A stretch of DNA of 63,075 nt, counting the filler, from Octopus bimaculoides (Eukaryota), in the NCBI RefSeq assembly GCF_001194135.2. It is 7 parts of 6 records of this genome, joined end to end, with 100 filler letters (N's around TTAATTAATTAA, not from the genome) between each part and the next. Parts side by side here need not be neighbours in the genome. Positions count along the whole stretch, not along the records: positions 1 to 8,891 come from NC_068988.1; positions 8,992 to 24,872 come from NC_068986.1; 5 more parts are not named here. One strand, 5' to 3'. Every line of letters begins with the position of its first letter. Within the stretch, counting starts at the first letter, position 1. This document shows positions 1 through 10,093 of the stretch, in pieces. The position numbers and the translations under genes are program-made. Under the pieces are notes generated by a model that was not told where the DNA came from, did not search any database, and saw only the letters and a program-made list of their open reading frames with translations.

Positions 1-299
1 ATGAAGTTAACAAAAACAGATAGTGTGTTAGTTTTATTCCTTCTACCTATCTACGTTGTTTAGAAAAGAAAAAAGTAATTTTTAAAAAATTATTTACTTT
101 GTTTAAAAGAAATTATTTACTAATTTGCATACGCGCGCACGCGCACACATACATTCATTTGCGCGCACGCGCGCATTTTTGGTAGGATCAACCACTCACG
201 ACTAGCTAGCGCGTTCGGGCCCGCTCTGCTTGAGTAGTACCGAAAAGAATATATGAGCATGTTTAAACATGCATACATACGTACATACACACATACACA

Positions 300-1470
300 T
301 TACACTTTGAAGGTTATGCATTTGCAATCCAAGAGTCAGAGATTGCTGCAAAACACCCTGTAAACAAATGGGATGAGGAAGGCTTTACAACTGCAAAATG
401 AAACCAAAATTATTGACAAGGTCACATTTCTGTTGAAGACATCACACATGGGATCAGTTGCTGCCCCAAAATGTCTTCCTGGTGCTACCTCCCAGCATAA
501 CATGATGTCACTAAAACAATATACAATGTTATCCAAAAATAAGATTGTTCCGGGATAAATATAGAAAACACTGCTGTTATTGAATGTTGTTGTTGTTGGC
601 ACTCCGTCGCTTACGATGTCGAGGGTTCCAGTTGATCCGATCAACGGAACAGCCTGCTCATGAAATTAACATGCAAGTGGCTGAGCATTCCACAGACACG
701 TGTACCCTTAACGTAGTTCTCGGAGATAATCAGCATGACACAGTGTGATAAGGCTGACCCTTTGAATTACAGGCACAATAGAAACAGGAAGTAAGAGTGA
801 GAGAAAGTTGTGGTGAAAGAGTACAGCATGGTTCGCCACCATCCCCTGCCGGAGCCTCGTGTAACTTTAGGTGTTTTCACTCATTAAACACTCACAACGC
901 CCGGTCTGGGAATTGAAACTGCGAGTCCGCTGCCCTAAACACTGGGCCATTGCGCCTCCACTATTATTGAATACATAAACATCAGCAAAAGGAATATTTG
1001 CATCACACTTCTGCCAAATGCAAGCATAATAGACTAAATATCATTGTTTAAGACAGACAAGAAAAAGTAGACAGAAGTCAGCTACTCTGCTAATATAAAT
1101 CTCTCTTCAAAAATCTAAGAGAAAGAGGGTAACTATGGACAACTGCTTTGAAACTTGCAGCTTCTAGATCCAGATTATAGATTTACATTTATACCAATAA
1201 TAATTGTCGCACTTGGTCTTGTGAGTAAATGCCTAAATGATAAACTGGAAAAGATAAGGTTTTCAGAAGAAAAAAAAAATCAAACAGCTTAATTTGCTCA
1301 TTACAAATATAGTCTGTAAATGGAACAGTAAAAACATGCAAGATTTTTCTCGGGTTCAAAATGTGACTTTCTTTTTGTTATACACATTTCAATGATGGAG
1401 CTTTGCATCTTTGTTAAAAACCAGCTTCTTCTCTACAGGAAGAATTCAAATAATCAAAAATAGAAGAGAA
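300..1470 (+). mobile_element. R4-clade (RLE) non-LTR retrotransposon 3' portion, decayed, interrupted by a SINE; flanked by (CATA)n
   Basis: Frame-broken peptides LHFEGYAFAIQESEI, SVEDITHGISCCPKMS (CCHC knuckle remnant), HDVTKTIYN and PDYRFTFIPIIIVALGLVSKCL (RLE C-terminus). The 3' part matches 12985-13296 and 7372-7513. Confidence 0.7.
585..960 (-). mobile_element. tRNA-derived SINE with (CAA)n tail
   Basis: Minus-strand head TGGAGGCGCAATGGCCCAGTG (A box) and TTCAATTCC (B-box-like). Target-site duplication CTGTTATTGAA (574-584) / CTATTATTGAA (961-971). Confidence 0.8.
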
Positions 1471-1639
1471 CATACATGTATACATACATGCATCCATTGA
1501 TATCTCCCTTTTGTCTTTCAATGAGGCATGATGCCAAAGTCTAAAAAATTAAACCATACAATCATTAGAAGATGATCCAGAAGCTTAAAACCAAAGTTTC
1601 AGTGATGTGATGGGCATAATCACTCATTATATGAAAGAA

Positions 1640-1825
1640 AATTGGTTCTCAACCATTTTTTAATTATGGATCTCTTTGATCACTATTTTATTCTGATGGA
1701 GCTCCATAGGCATTCAATGTTTAAAACTAGCTTTATAGAAGCTTTTTTCAAAATTCATATTTTGTTTTTCACTCATTAACTTGTATTGGTTGAACTATCT
1801 AAAATGTTAAAGTAAGAAACCCGGT
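1640..1825 (+). mobile_element. Possible hAT-type MITE left end
   Basis: Begins TGGTTCTCAACC, resembling CAGTGGTTCTCAACC hAT-type termini. No right end found. Confidence 0.3.
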
Positions 1826-1861
1826 TGTCTCTTGCAATGTATACCAATACCTACATACATA

Positions 1862-2262
1862 CATCATCATCATCATCATCATCATCCTCCTTTTAACGTC
1901 CGTTTTCCATGCTGGCATGAGTTGGACGGTTTGACTGAGGACTGGTGAGCCAGTAGGCTGCACCACGCTCCAATCTGATCTGGCAATGTTTCTACTGCTG
2001 GATGCTCTTCCTAACGCCAACCACTCCAAGTGTGTAGAGGGTGCTTTTTATGTGCCACTGGCATGGGATCCAGTCAGGTGGCAATGGAATTAACCATATT
2101 CAGATGGTACTTTTTACATGCCACCAGCACGGGAGCCAGTTAGGTGGCACTGGCATCAACCATGTTTAGATGGTGCTTTTTACATGCCACCAGGACAGAA
2201 GTCAGTCAGGGGACACATGCATCGACCATATTTGGATGGTGCTTTTTACATGTCACCCTGAG
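1862..2262 (-). mobile_element. SINE or RTE-3'UTR repeat with (GAT)n tail and internal ~60-bp tandem units
   Basis: Minus-strand tail AAAACGGACGTTAAAAGGAGGATGATG. The unit GATGGTGCTTTTTACATGCCACC recurs at about 2103, 2169 and 2236. Homologous to the copies at 2600-2775, 5108, 7100, 8662, 55285 and 58725. Confidence 0.8.
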
Positions 2263-2289
2263 TGGATAAATCTTTTGCCTTTTACATAC

Positions 2290-2775
2290 CAATACATACA
2301 TCTAAATGAAAGCACTTTTCAAGCATTGGGCTTCACAGAGGCAAGGACCGAGACCATTTGGCATTATGCCTTGTTTGAGAAGGAGACCACAGTTGTGGTA
2401 GATTACCGATGTCATGCAAATGGCAAGTGAAAGCATCTTTTGAGTGTTGGGCCTCACGGAGGCAAAGACAGACCATTTGACATTATGTTGGGCTTTGAGC
2501 ATTGGGCTTCACGGAGGCAAGGACTGAGTCCATTTGGCATTCTGCTGTGTTTGGGAAGAAGACTCATCAAGCCAAGTAAAACCACAGTCATGGCAGATAC
2601 TGGTGTCATGTAATAGCACCTATTACACTCTCGGAGTGGTTGGCATTAGGAAGGGCATCCAGCTGTAGAAACCATGCCAAAACAGACTGGAGTCTGGTGC
2701 AGCCTTCTAGTTTGCCAGCCTTGGTCAAACCGTCCAACCCATGCCAGCATGGAGAACGGACATTAAATGATGATG
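2290..2775 (+). mobile_element. Same GAT-tailed repeat family, longer copy with a triplicated 5' module
   Basis: GAGCATTGGGCTTCACGGAGGCAA...CCATTTGGCATT occurs three times (~2322, ~2442, ~2496). Ends GAACGGACATTAAATGATGATGAT. Confidence 0.75.
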
Positions 2776-2792
2776 ATAATTTGATGGGCTTC

Positions 2793-3200
2793 TTTCAGCT
2801 GATTTACTCTCCAGCCTTCATCAGGTGTCTTGGTTGAATTTTGAACCTAACCTTGGGTTCTTGTTCCTAAGGTATTTTTTGCTGATGTTACTATTATTAT
2901 TATCATCATCATCATCATCATCATCATTATTATTATTATTATTATTCAGTAGTTTTATTTTTATAACGTGCTTTCACTTCACTACCGAGCACAGCTCTGT
3001 GTGCCTTGGGTATGTGCTGTGGTTTGCTGTGACGCTCTTATGGTTACTGTATTGAAAGTTATTATTATTATTATTGTTATTTATTCAAGGCACTGCCTGG
3101 AATTGAACTCGGGATCTTAGGAATGAGAATTCAGGGTTAGGTTCAAAATTCCACCAGGACACCTGATGAAGCTGGAGAGCAAATCAGTCAAAATGTTGTG
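2793..3200. mobile_element. Inverted pair of ~80-bp Penelope-like terminal repeats carrying hammerhead-like cores
   Basis: Arm 2793-2871 is the reverse complement of arm 3116-3193 at roughly 80% identity. Each arm has CTGATGA, a short stem, and GAAA or AAAA. Confidence 0.55.
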
Positions 3201-3429
3201 GTAACAACAAACAAAATGAGGGCACATATCCGTCCAATGTAAATAATGTACAATGAGATAATGCCTAATTAATTCAAAACAATGTGAATAAATATACTTT
3301 ACATTTGACAGAAAAATTTGAACATTAAAGGATTAAACTATAATTTATTTTTAAGTAGCTTTGTGCCTCTACCTCTCTATAAATAGTGATTTTGGAACCA
3401 ACTTAAGGCAATTGCCATGATGTGCTGTT

Positions 3430-3650
3430 ATCTGCAACATGGAATGCTGCCAGTTTATTCAGTCAAGAATAATAAAAAGTTTGCATACCACCATATTCTT
3501 CTGAAGTTTATTTTCACATAAACTTTTCACACAACAGAACAAAGTGTGATTACAAACCTTTGAACTTTATAACTGCTCACACCTGCACAACAACTCACCA
3601 AAATATGATAATAAAAGTTGTGACTGTATTGTCTAATGCACCTGCATACC
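3430..3650 (+). mobile_element. Possible Tigger/pogo transposase remnant
   Basis: Peptides MLPVYSVKNNKK and IKVVTVLSNAPAYP resemble the DDE_1 motifs LPV.W.SNKKAW and KVLLILDNAP.HP. Confidence 0.3.
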
Positions 3651-4112
3651 CTCTCACCTCATGTTTCCTTTTAACATGTTATTTTTCTCATATAAGAAAG
3701 AAAAATAATCGCATATTTTTTTGCTTGTTCTGTCTTGCATAATCTTCTTGCCATAAAATATGTACATTGTAATATTTTAAAACATTTTTACTGAAGTTTG
3801 TGTAAACTTAGTTCTTATCAACAATTTAATCATTTGAATCAAATTTTTTTTATTTCGTTGGAAATATTTGTTTTTCTTGTTCTCTATCCTTACATCATTT
3901 AATTTGTACAAGTTGTGACATGATGCCTGCAATTTGTATCAAGCCAGCTTTGCATTGTTTGATCATCATTTAATTTTGGTTTCTTTGAATCTCATCAGAA
4001 TGTTCCTCCTCATCTCCTTCAGTTATAGCTGGAATAGACACTTCTACCTATTAGCAATCAATAATCATAGTTATCATTGGCACCATAATATTTTCACACT
4101 GTCAGTCTATAT

Positions 4113-4343
4113 TTAACTCAAACATTCAACTTTCTCTGTCAAATGTATTGTTTGTTTATTCATATTGTTTTGAATCAGTCAAGCATTACCTTGTAGCTTT
4201 GAGATTTTAATAATGAGATTGCTTATTTTTAGAATAATATTGTAGGGTAAGTGTGAGGCCAGATCTGACAGTTTGAAGATAAAACATGTAGAATATTTTG
4301 GCTGGATATGGTGATATGGCTGGTTTAAATACTAACGGGTTAA
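4113..4343 (-). mobile_element. TTAA-flanked MITE (piggyBac-like non-autonomous element); fragments also at ~3252-3335 and ~55550-55660
   Basis: TTAA at both ends and degenerate terminal inverted repeats (TTAACTCAAACATT / AATACTAACGGGTTAA). Internal sequence is shared with the other two fragments. Confidence 0.55.
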
Positions 4344-4430
4344 GAGGTTTAGCTTATAGCATTTAAGAAACTCTTTCAACGTTTTAATCAATGTTTTGTT
4401 TTAAAATAAATTTTATGCATATAACAAGTG

Positions 4431-6680
4431 TCTTACTCCAGTGAATCATGTGTGTTATGAGCACACATCCCACATAAAGAGAGGAGGTCTTCACTGATGA
4501 TGTATAACAGCAGTTATCAGATAATCATATTTGAATTTGCCAGAACATATAAAGACCAAAGAGACACAATGTTGTTTGTATTCTTGTTGTTCTGTGAGCA
4601 CTCCATAATTTATTATCTTTTTTTGGCAGACATCAGTATGCATCAGCAAAAAATTTGCTTGTGAAGTCTATAGACAAAAGCTCATGCTCTTGTGAAATTT
4701 ACCAGTCTGGGGTAGCTTCGAATGTAGAGACACATATAAAGGTTGAAACACCAAGATGCTTCAGATTTCTCTTACACTGATGAATCACGTGTAATGAAAA
4801 CACATGTGTTTACATGGGGGAGGTGTTCTTTGATGATATAAAACAATAGTGGTCAAATATTCATGTTTGAATTTGTTAGAAGGCATTGAGAAAGAAGACC
4901 TTATTATTCAGATTCTCACTGCTCTGCATGCAATCCTATGAATTATTATCTGTTTGGAAAGCATCAGCACACATCAGCAAATAATCTGTTTGCTGATTCC
5001 TATTTACAAGAATTTGTGTTCATGTGAGGAAATTCACCGGTCCAGGACAGCTTCATCTGAAGAGACACAAAACAAGGTCAAAACACCACAGTGTTTTGAG
5101 GTCCCCTTATCATCATCATCATCATCATCGTTTAACGTCCGCTTTCCATGCTAGCATGGGTTGGACGATTTGACTGAGGACTGGTGAAACCGGATGGCAA
5201 CACCAGGCTCCAGTCTGATTTGGCAGAGTTTCTACAGCTGGATGCCCTTCCTAATGCCAACCACTCAGAGAGTGTAGTGGGTGCTTTTACGTGTCACCCG
5301 CACGAAAACGGCCACGCTCGAAATGGAGTTACTACCTACTCCTTTTCTACATACTGAGCAGGGCCATCTACCTGAAGGGGTTTGTGTTTTATCTACCTTC
5401 CTACTTATTAGGATTTTGGTTTTAGCTANNNNNNNNNNNNNNNNNNNNNNNNNNNNNNNNNNNNNNNNNNNNNNNNNNNNNNNNNNNNNNNNNNNNNNNN
5501 NNNNNNNNNNNNNNNNNNNNNNNNNNNNNNNNNNNNNNNNNNNNNNNNNNNNNNNNNNNNNNNNNNNNNNNNNNNNNNNNNNNNNNNNNNNNNNNNNNNN
5601 NNNNNNNNNNNNNNNNNNNNNNNNNNNNNNNNNNNNNNNNNNNNNNNNNNNNNNNNNNNNNNNNNNNNNNNNNNNNNNNNNNNNNNNNNNNNNNNNNNNN
5701 NNNNNNNNNNNNNNNNNNNNNNNNNNNNNNNNNNNNNNNNNNNNNNNNNNNNNNNNNNNNNNNNNNNNNNNNNNNNNNNNNNNNNNNNNNNNNNNNNNNN
5801 NNNNNNNNNNNNNNNNNNNNNNNNNNNNNNNNNNNNNNNNNNNNNNNNNNNNNNNNNNNNNNNNNNNNNNNNNNNNNNNNNNNNNNNNNNNNNNNNNNNN
5901 NNNNNNNNNNNNNNNNNNNNNNNNNNNNNNNNNNNNNNNNNNNNNNNNNNNNNNNNNNNNNNNNNNNNNNNNNNNNNNNNNNNNNNNNNNNNNNNNNNNN
6001 NNNNNNNNNNNNNNNNNNNNNNNNNNNNNNNNNNNNNNNNNNNNNNNNNNNNNNNNNNNNNNNNNNNNNNNNNNNNNNNNNNNNNNNNNNNNNNNNNNNN
6101 NNNNNNNNNNNNNNNNNNNNNNNNNNNNNNNNNNNNNNNNNNNNNNNNNNNNNNNNNNNNNNNNNNNNNNNNNNNNNNNNNNNNNNNNNNNNNNNNNNNN
6201 NNNNNNNNNNNNNNNNNNNNNNNNNNNNNNNNNNNNNNNNNNNNNNNNNNNNTGATGCTGCTACACCAGTCATTGGGTATGACTCCTTCGTGTATCACCT
6301 GGTTCGTAATATGGGTGACTAGGCTATAGCCAACACTGCCAGATATTTTGAGCATCTCTGCAGTGATTCCTGATGGGCCGGGGGCTTTCCAGGTCTTCAT
6401 ACTCTTAATTGCTTTATCTACCCTGGTACTATCAACTCGGATAGCTGGTCCCTCTATTGGGTCGACATACGGCAGGCTCTCTTTCTCCCATTCATTCTCT
6501 TTGTCAATGAATAATGTGTTATAAACACAACATCATGAAAAAATATTTTCTCCAATAGTAAATAATAACAGTGATCATATATTCATGTTTGAATCTACCA
6601 GAACATATTGAGAATGAATAAATATGTAATTGTTTGGATTCTCTCTATTCCTGCATACACCCTATGAATATTTTAATTTT
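4431..6680 (+). repeat. Three diverged tandem copies of a ~335-340-bp unit, with the copy 2/3 junction split by an RTE insertion
   Basis: Units start at 4431, 4770 and ~5105 (resuming at 6504). Shared motifs include TCATGTTTGAAT, CCAGAACATAT and CCTATGAAT. Confidence 0.7.
5108..6503 (-). mobile_element. RTE-clade LINE, 5'-truncated and internally deleted, spanning an assembly gap
   Basis: KAPGPSGITAEMLKISGSVGYSLVTHITNQVIHEGVIPNDWCSSI at 6400-6252 and LAKTKILISRKVDKTQTPSGRWPCSVCRKGVGSNSI at 5428-5320. The latter joins directly to the GAT-tailed 3' repeat at 5108-5325. Confidence 0.8.
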
Positions 6681-7099
6681 TTAATTCTTTAAAATGGTTG
6701 AAAATATGATGTTAAATAATGATAATTTGCCGTCAATGAATATGTTGATTGGAGAATTGCTTAAAGGCAAATTTACCAACAGTTGGTTTATAAATTGCTG
6801 TCAGTGAATTTTCCTATTATAAAACTGAGGCAATGTAAAATAACAAACAAAATGTATTGAGCAGCAAGACTGATGAAATGTCTTCTTTGATTTTGAACTC
6901 ATGATATATGAGTAAGTAGTCCCATAGTTTATCCATTTGGCCACCTTACATGCATTGGAATCTGGTCAGGTATCCGCTTGACCTATTTACTTCTGGTTCT
7001 GGTAGCAAACCAGTGAAGATGCATCATGAGCCAATAAGAGAGCTTCAATATCAGATAGCCAGTCAGTGATGCATCTGCTAGAAACGATGCACTAAATTA

Positions 7100-7345
7100 T
7101 TAGAAATTGCATGTAAAAGCACCCATGCTGGTGCCACATAAAGTACCTATACTGGTACCATGTTAGAGGCATCCAGTGCACTCTGTAAAGTGGTTGGCAT
7201 TAGGAAGGGCATCCAACCATAGAAACCATGCCAAAAGAGACAAATGGAGCCTGGACAGTTCTCCAGTGGGCCAGTTCCTGCCAAACCGTTCAAACTATGT
7301 CAGCATGGAAAACGGACTTTAAATGATGATGATGATGATGTTGAG
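7100..7345 (+). mobile_element. GAT-tailed SINE or RTE-tail repeat; a second short copy lies at 7517-7622
   Basis: GTGGTTGGCATTAGGAAGGGCATCC...CAGCATGGAAAACGGACTTTAAATGATGATG. Confidence 0.75.
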
Positions 7346-7371
7346 GATGAGGATGATGATGATGATGATGA

Positions 7372-7513
7372 TGTTCTAGTAAAGGAGTTGATTTCCAAGA
7401 AAGATACAAGACTCCATCATTGGAAAGTGGATAATAAAAACAATGTCACATTTTAAACTTAAAAAAGTCTTGCATATTTTTACTGTTCCACTTACAGATT
7501 GTATTTGTATTGC
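7372..7513 (-). mobile_element. 3' end fragment of the CATA-associated R4-clade family
   Basis: Minus strand encodes IQIQSVSGTVKICKTFLSLK. The DNA matches 1300-1440 and 13145-13260. Confidence 0.65.
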
Positions 7514-7894
7514 ATGAGTTGGTTGATTTCTCCAGCTGGCCAGCTCCTGTTGAACTGTCCATGCCATACCATCATGGAAAACAGACGTTAAATGATAATG
7601 ACGATGATGATGATGATGATGACTGTTCACATCCTCCCATAAATGCTTAATGTATGTTTGATACTTGTTTGATCCTGAGGCCACAGTAATGACTATCTAT
7701 CACAGCTTTGAACTTGTCAATTTACAACGGACACCCCAATGTTACAAAGTCGTGCCTCATTTGTTCCTCCTGAAGATACACAAGTTCATACAATTTTTTT
7801 TAGAAAATTAAGTCTTGTCTTTACTTTATCCATCACAGTGCAAAAAAAAAAATAATGAAATAATAAAATAAATAATAAATAATTAACAAAAGAA

Positions 7895-8460
7895 AAGCAG
7901 AGAATGTTAGTGTGAAATCAATGAAGTGTTATTTATAGTGAGTCCTTCTGGAAAAAAAAAAAAAAACCCAAACTATTGTGCATTGTTTGCAAAAATAGTT
8001 TTTTGCACATAATAGAAGACATGATCTTAACAGAAACTATGAAACACAATATCAGACTAAAATAGAAGAAAAGCTAAAACTAATGTCAGGGTTTGCAGTT
8101 AGTGAAAGAATACGTGATTTAGAAAATGGAAGAACTCAAAAGAAGACAAAACATATTTGCTGAAAGAAGTTATGAAAGTTTAGCAAAGAAAGAAGTATCC
8201 TGTGGAATTGTTTTAGCAATGGTTAAAAATTGAAAGCCTTTCTGTGAAGGAGAAAAAATTTGTTAGGCCATGTCTCCAAATATTTGCGAGTTGTCTTGGG
8301 AATAAAAATTTTGAAAGGAAACAAAATTGTTCTACCAAAGTAAGCAGTTATGAAATGCATTGAAGAACTTTCTTTTGATGTGTCTGAACAAGTAAACGGT
8401 ATTTTCCTTCTTTGTACTGTATTCTTTCCTTTTAACTTTGGATGAATCTATCAATATATT
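7895..8460 (+). mobile_element. Decayed hAT transposase N-terminal half (GTF2IRD2/Charlie/SPIN-like)
   Basis: Frame-broken peptides LLCIVCKN, LNRNYETQY, EELKRRQNIFAE, KPFCEGE, CIEELSFDVSEQV and LTLDES. Confidence 0.65.
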
Positions 8461-8635
8461 ATAGGCACAGACATGGCTATGTGGTAAGAAGTTTGCTTCC
8501 TAACAACATGGTTCCAGGTTCAGTTCCACTGCGTGGCACCTTGGGCAGGTGTCTTCTACTATAGCCTTGGACCAACCAAAGCTTTGTGAGTAGATTTCAT
8601 AGACAGAAACTGGAAGAAGCCTATCATATATATAT
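8461..8635 (+). mobile_element. tRNA-derived SINE head (AGGCGCAGGAGTGGCTGTGTGG family)
   Basis: A box TGGCTATGTGG and B-box-like GGTTCAGTTCC. Matches the full copies at 51943 and 58911. Confidence 0.75.
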
Positions 8636-8661
8636 ATATATATGTATATATGTATATATAT

Positions 8662-8891
8662 ATCATCATCATCATCATCATCGTTTAACGTCCGCTTTCC
8701 ATGCTAGCATGGGTTGGACGATTTGACTGAGGACTGGTGCAACCGGATGGCTACACCAGGCTCCAATCTAATTTGGCAGAGTTTCTACAGCTGGATGCCC
8801 TTCCTAACGCCAACCACTCAGAGAGTGTAGTGGGTGCTTTTACGTGTCACCCGCACGAAAACGGCCACGCTCGAAATGGTGTCTTTTATGT
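8662..8891 (-). mobile_element. GAT-tailed repeat nearly identical to 5108-5325
   Basis: About 215 bp align with only a handful of substitutions. The copy runs into an assembly gap. Confidence 0.8.
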
Positions 8892-8935
8892 NNNNNNNNN
8901 NNNNNNNNNNNNNNNNNNNNNNNNNNNNNNNNNNN

Positions 8936-8947
8936 TTAATTAATTAA
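8936..8947. other. Assembly linker TTAATTAATTAA inside 100-bp N gaps (also at 24917, 38256, 48605, 53598, 61085); not biological
   Basis: The identical 12-mer sits centred in N runs six times and gives stops in all six frames. Confidence 0.95.
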
Positions 8948-10058
8948 NNNNNNNNNNNNNNNNNNNNNNNNNNNNNNNNNNNNNNNNNNNNTTTTTTTTT
9001 TTTTTTTTTTTTTGCTTAATTCAAAAGCAATTTGTTCCTCTGAGAAAACTGTTGAACTCCAATTAGTGTCATCTTTGTGTTGCATCTAGATGATAATGAC
9101 ACTACGTCTTCTGATATGTAGTGCAAATATGACGTCACAAATGTTTATTATTGTTGTTGTTATTTACTCACAGGTCAATTAGTATAAAGGTGACCTATGA
9201 GGAAAAAGATTTCAACTGTAACCGTCCCTTTTATTTTACCTATGTGAGACGGGAACCCAGATCAGCATTTGCACAACATTCGTTAAATTATTGCTTTGTT
9301 ATAGATGTCACTCGGGACTGAGTATACTTATACGCAAAGGCGACTTAACCGTTATAAAATTCGGATGTTTTCCATCCAAAATCACTACGATTAAGTAGTG
9401 ATTTAGGATGGAAAAGTTCTCCTGCCTTATTGAAGACGGCAGGGTGTGACATGTTTTATATTCGTATGTATTTTTAGAGATTTCATTTGTAGGTGGTTTC
9501 AAATTTGAATGTGGTTCAGGGGTACCCCAAACTGCCTTTTAGACAGGGATGAGCAATTTGGAGTTGTATATGTGTTGTTACATGCAACACGTATATATAT
9601 TTGCATTTAATCATTATTGTAGATACATACATACATACATAAACACACAAACATTCACATTCAAACGCACATACANNNNNNNNNNNNNNNNNNNNNNNNN
9701 NNNNNNNNNNNNNNNNNNNNNNNNNNNNNNNNNNNNNNNNNNNNNNNNNNNNNNNNNNNNNNNNNNNNNNNNNNNNNNNNNNNNNNNNNNNNNNNNNNNN
9801 NNNNNNNNNNNNNNNNNNNNNNNNNNNNNNNNNNNNNNNNNNNNNNNNNNNNNNNNNNNNNNNNNNNNNNNNNNNNNNNNNNNNNNNNNNNNNNNNNNNN
9901 NNNNNNNNNNNNNNNNNNNNNNNNNNNNNNNNNNNNNNNNNNNNNNNNNNNNNNNNNNNNNNNNNNNNNNNNNNNNNNNNNNNNNNNNNNNNNNNNNNNN
10001 NNNNNNNNNNNNNNNNNNNNNNNNNNNNNNNNNNNNNNNNNNNNNNNNNNNNNNNNNN

Positions 10059-10093
<35 letters not shown>

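Noticed and set aside
336-560. Possible Tc1-like peptide (KMKPKLLTRSH)
   Set aside because: Another frame gives a better R4-clade CCHC knuckle that is collinear with 12715-12800.
585-960. tRNA genes at SINE heads
   Set aside because: Only A/B boxes, with no cloverleaf. These are repeats with tails and TSDs.
5281-6400. Long ORFs over N runs (also 9516-10257, 17886-18189, 61801-62825)
   Set aside because: Artefacts of translating assembly gaps.
8936-8947. Recurrent TTAATTAATTAA palindrome
   Set aside because: Always centred in 100-bp N gaps, so it is a scaffolding linker.
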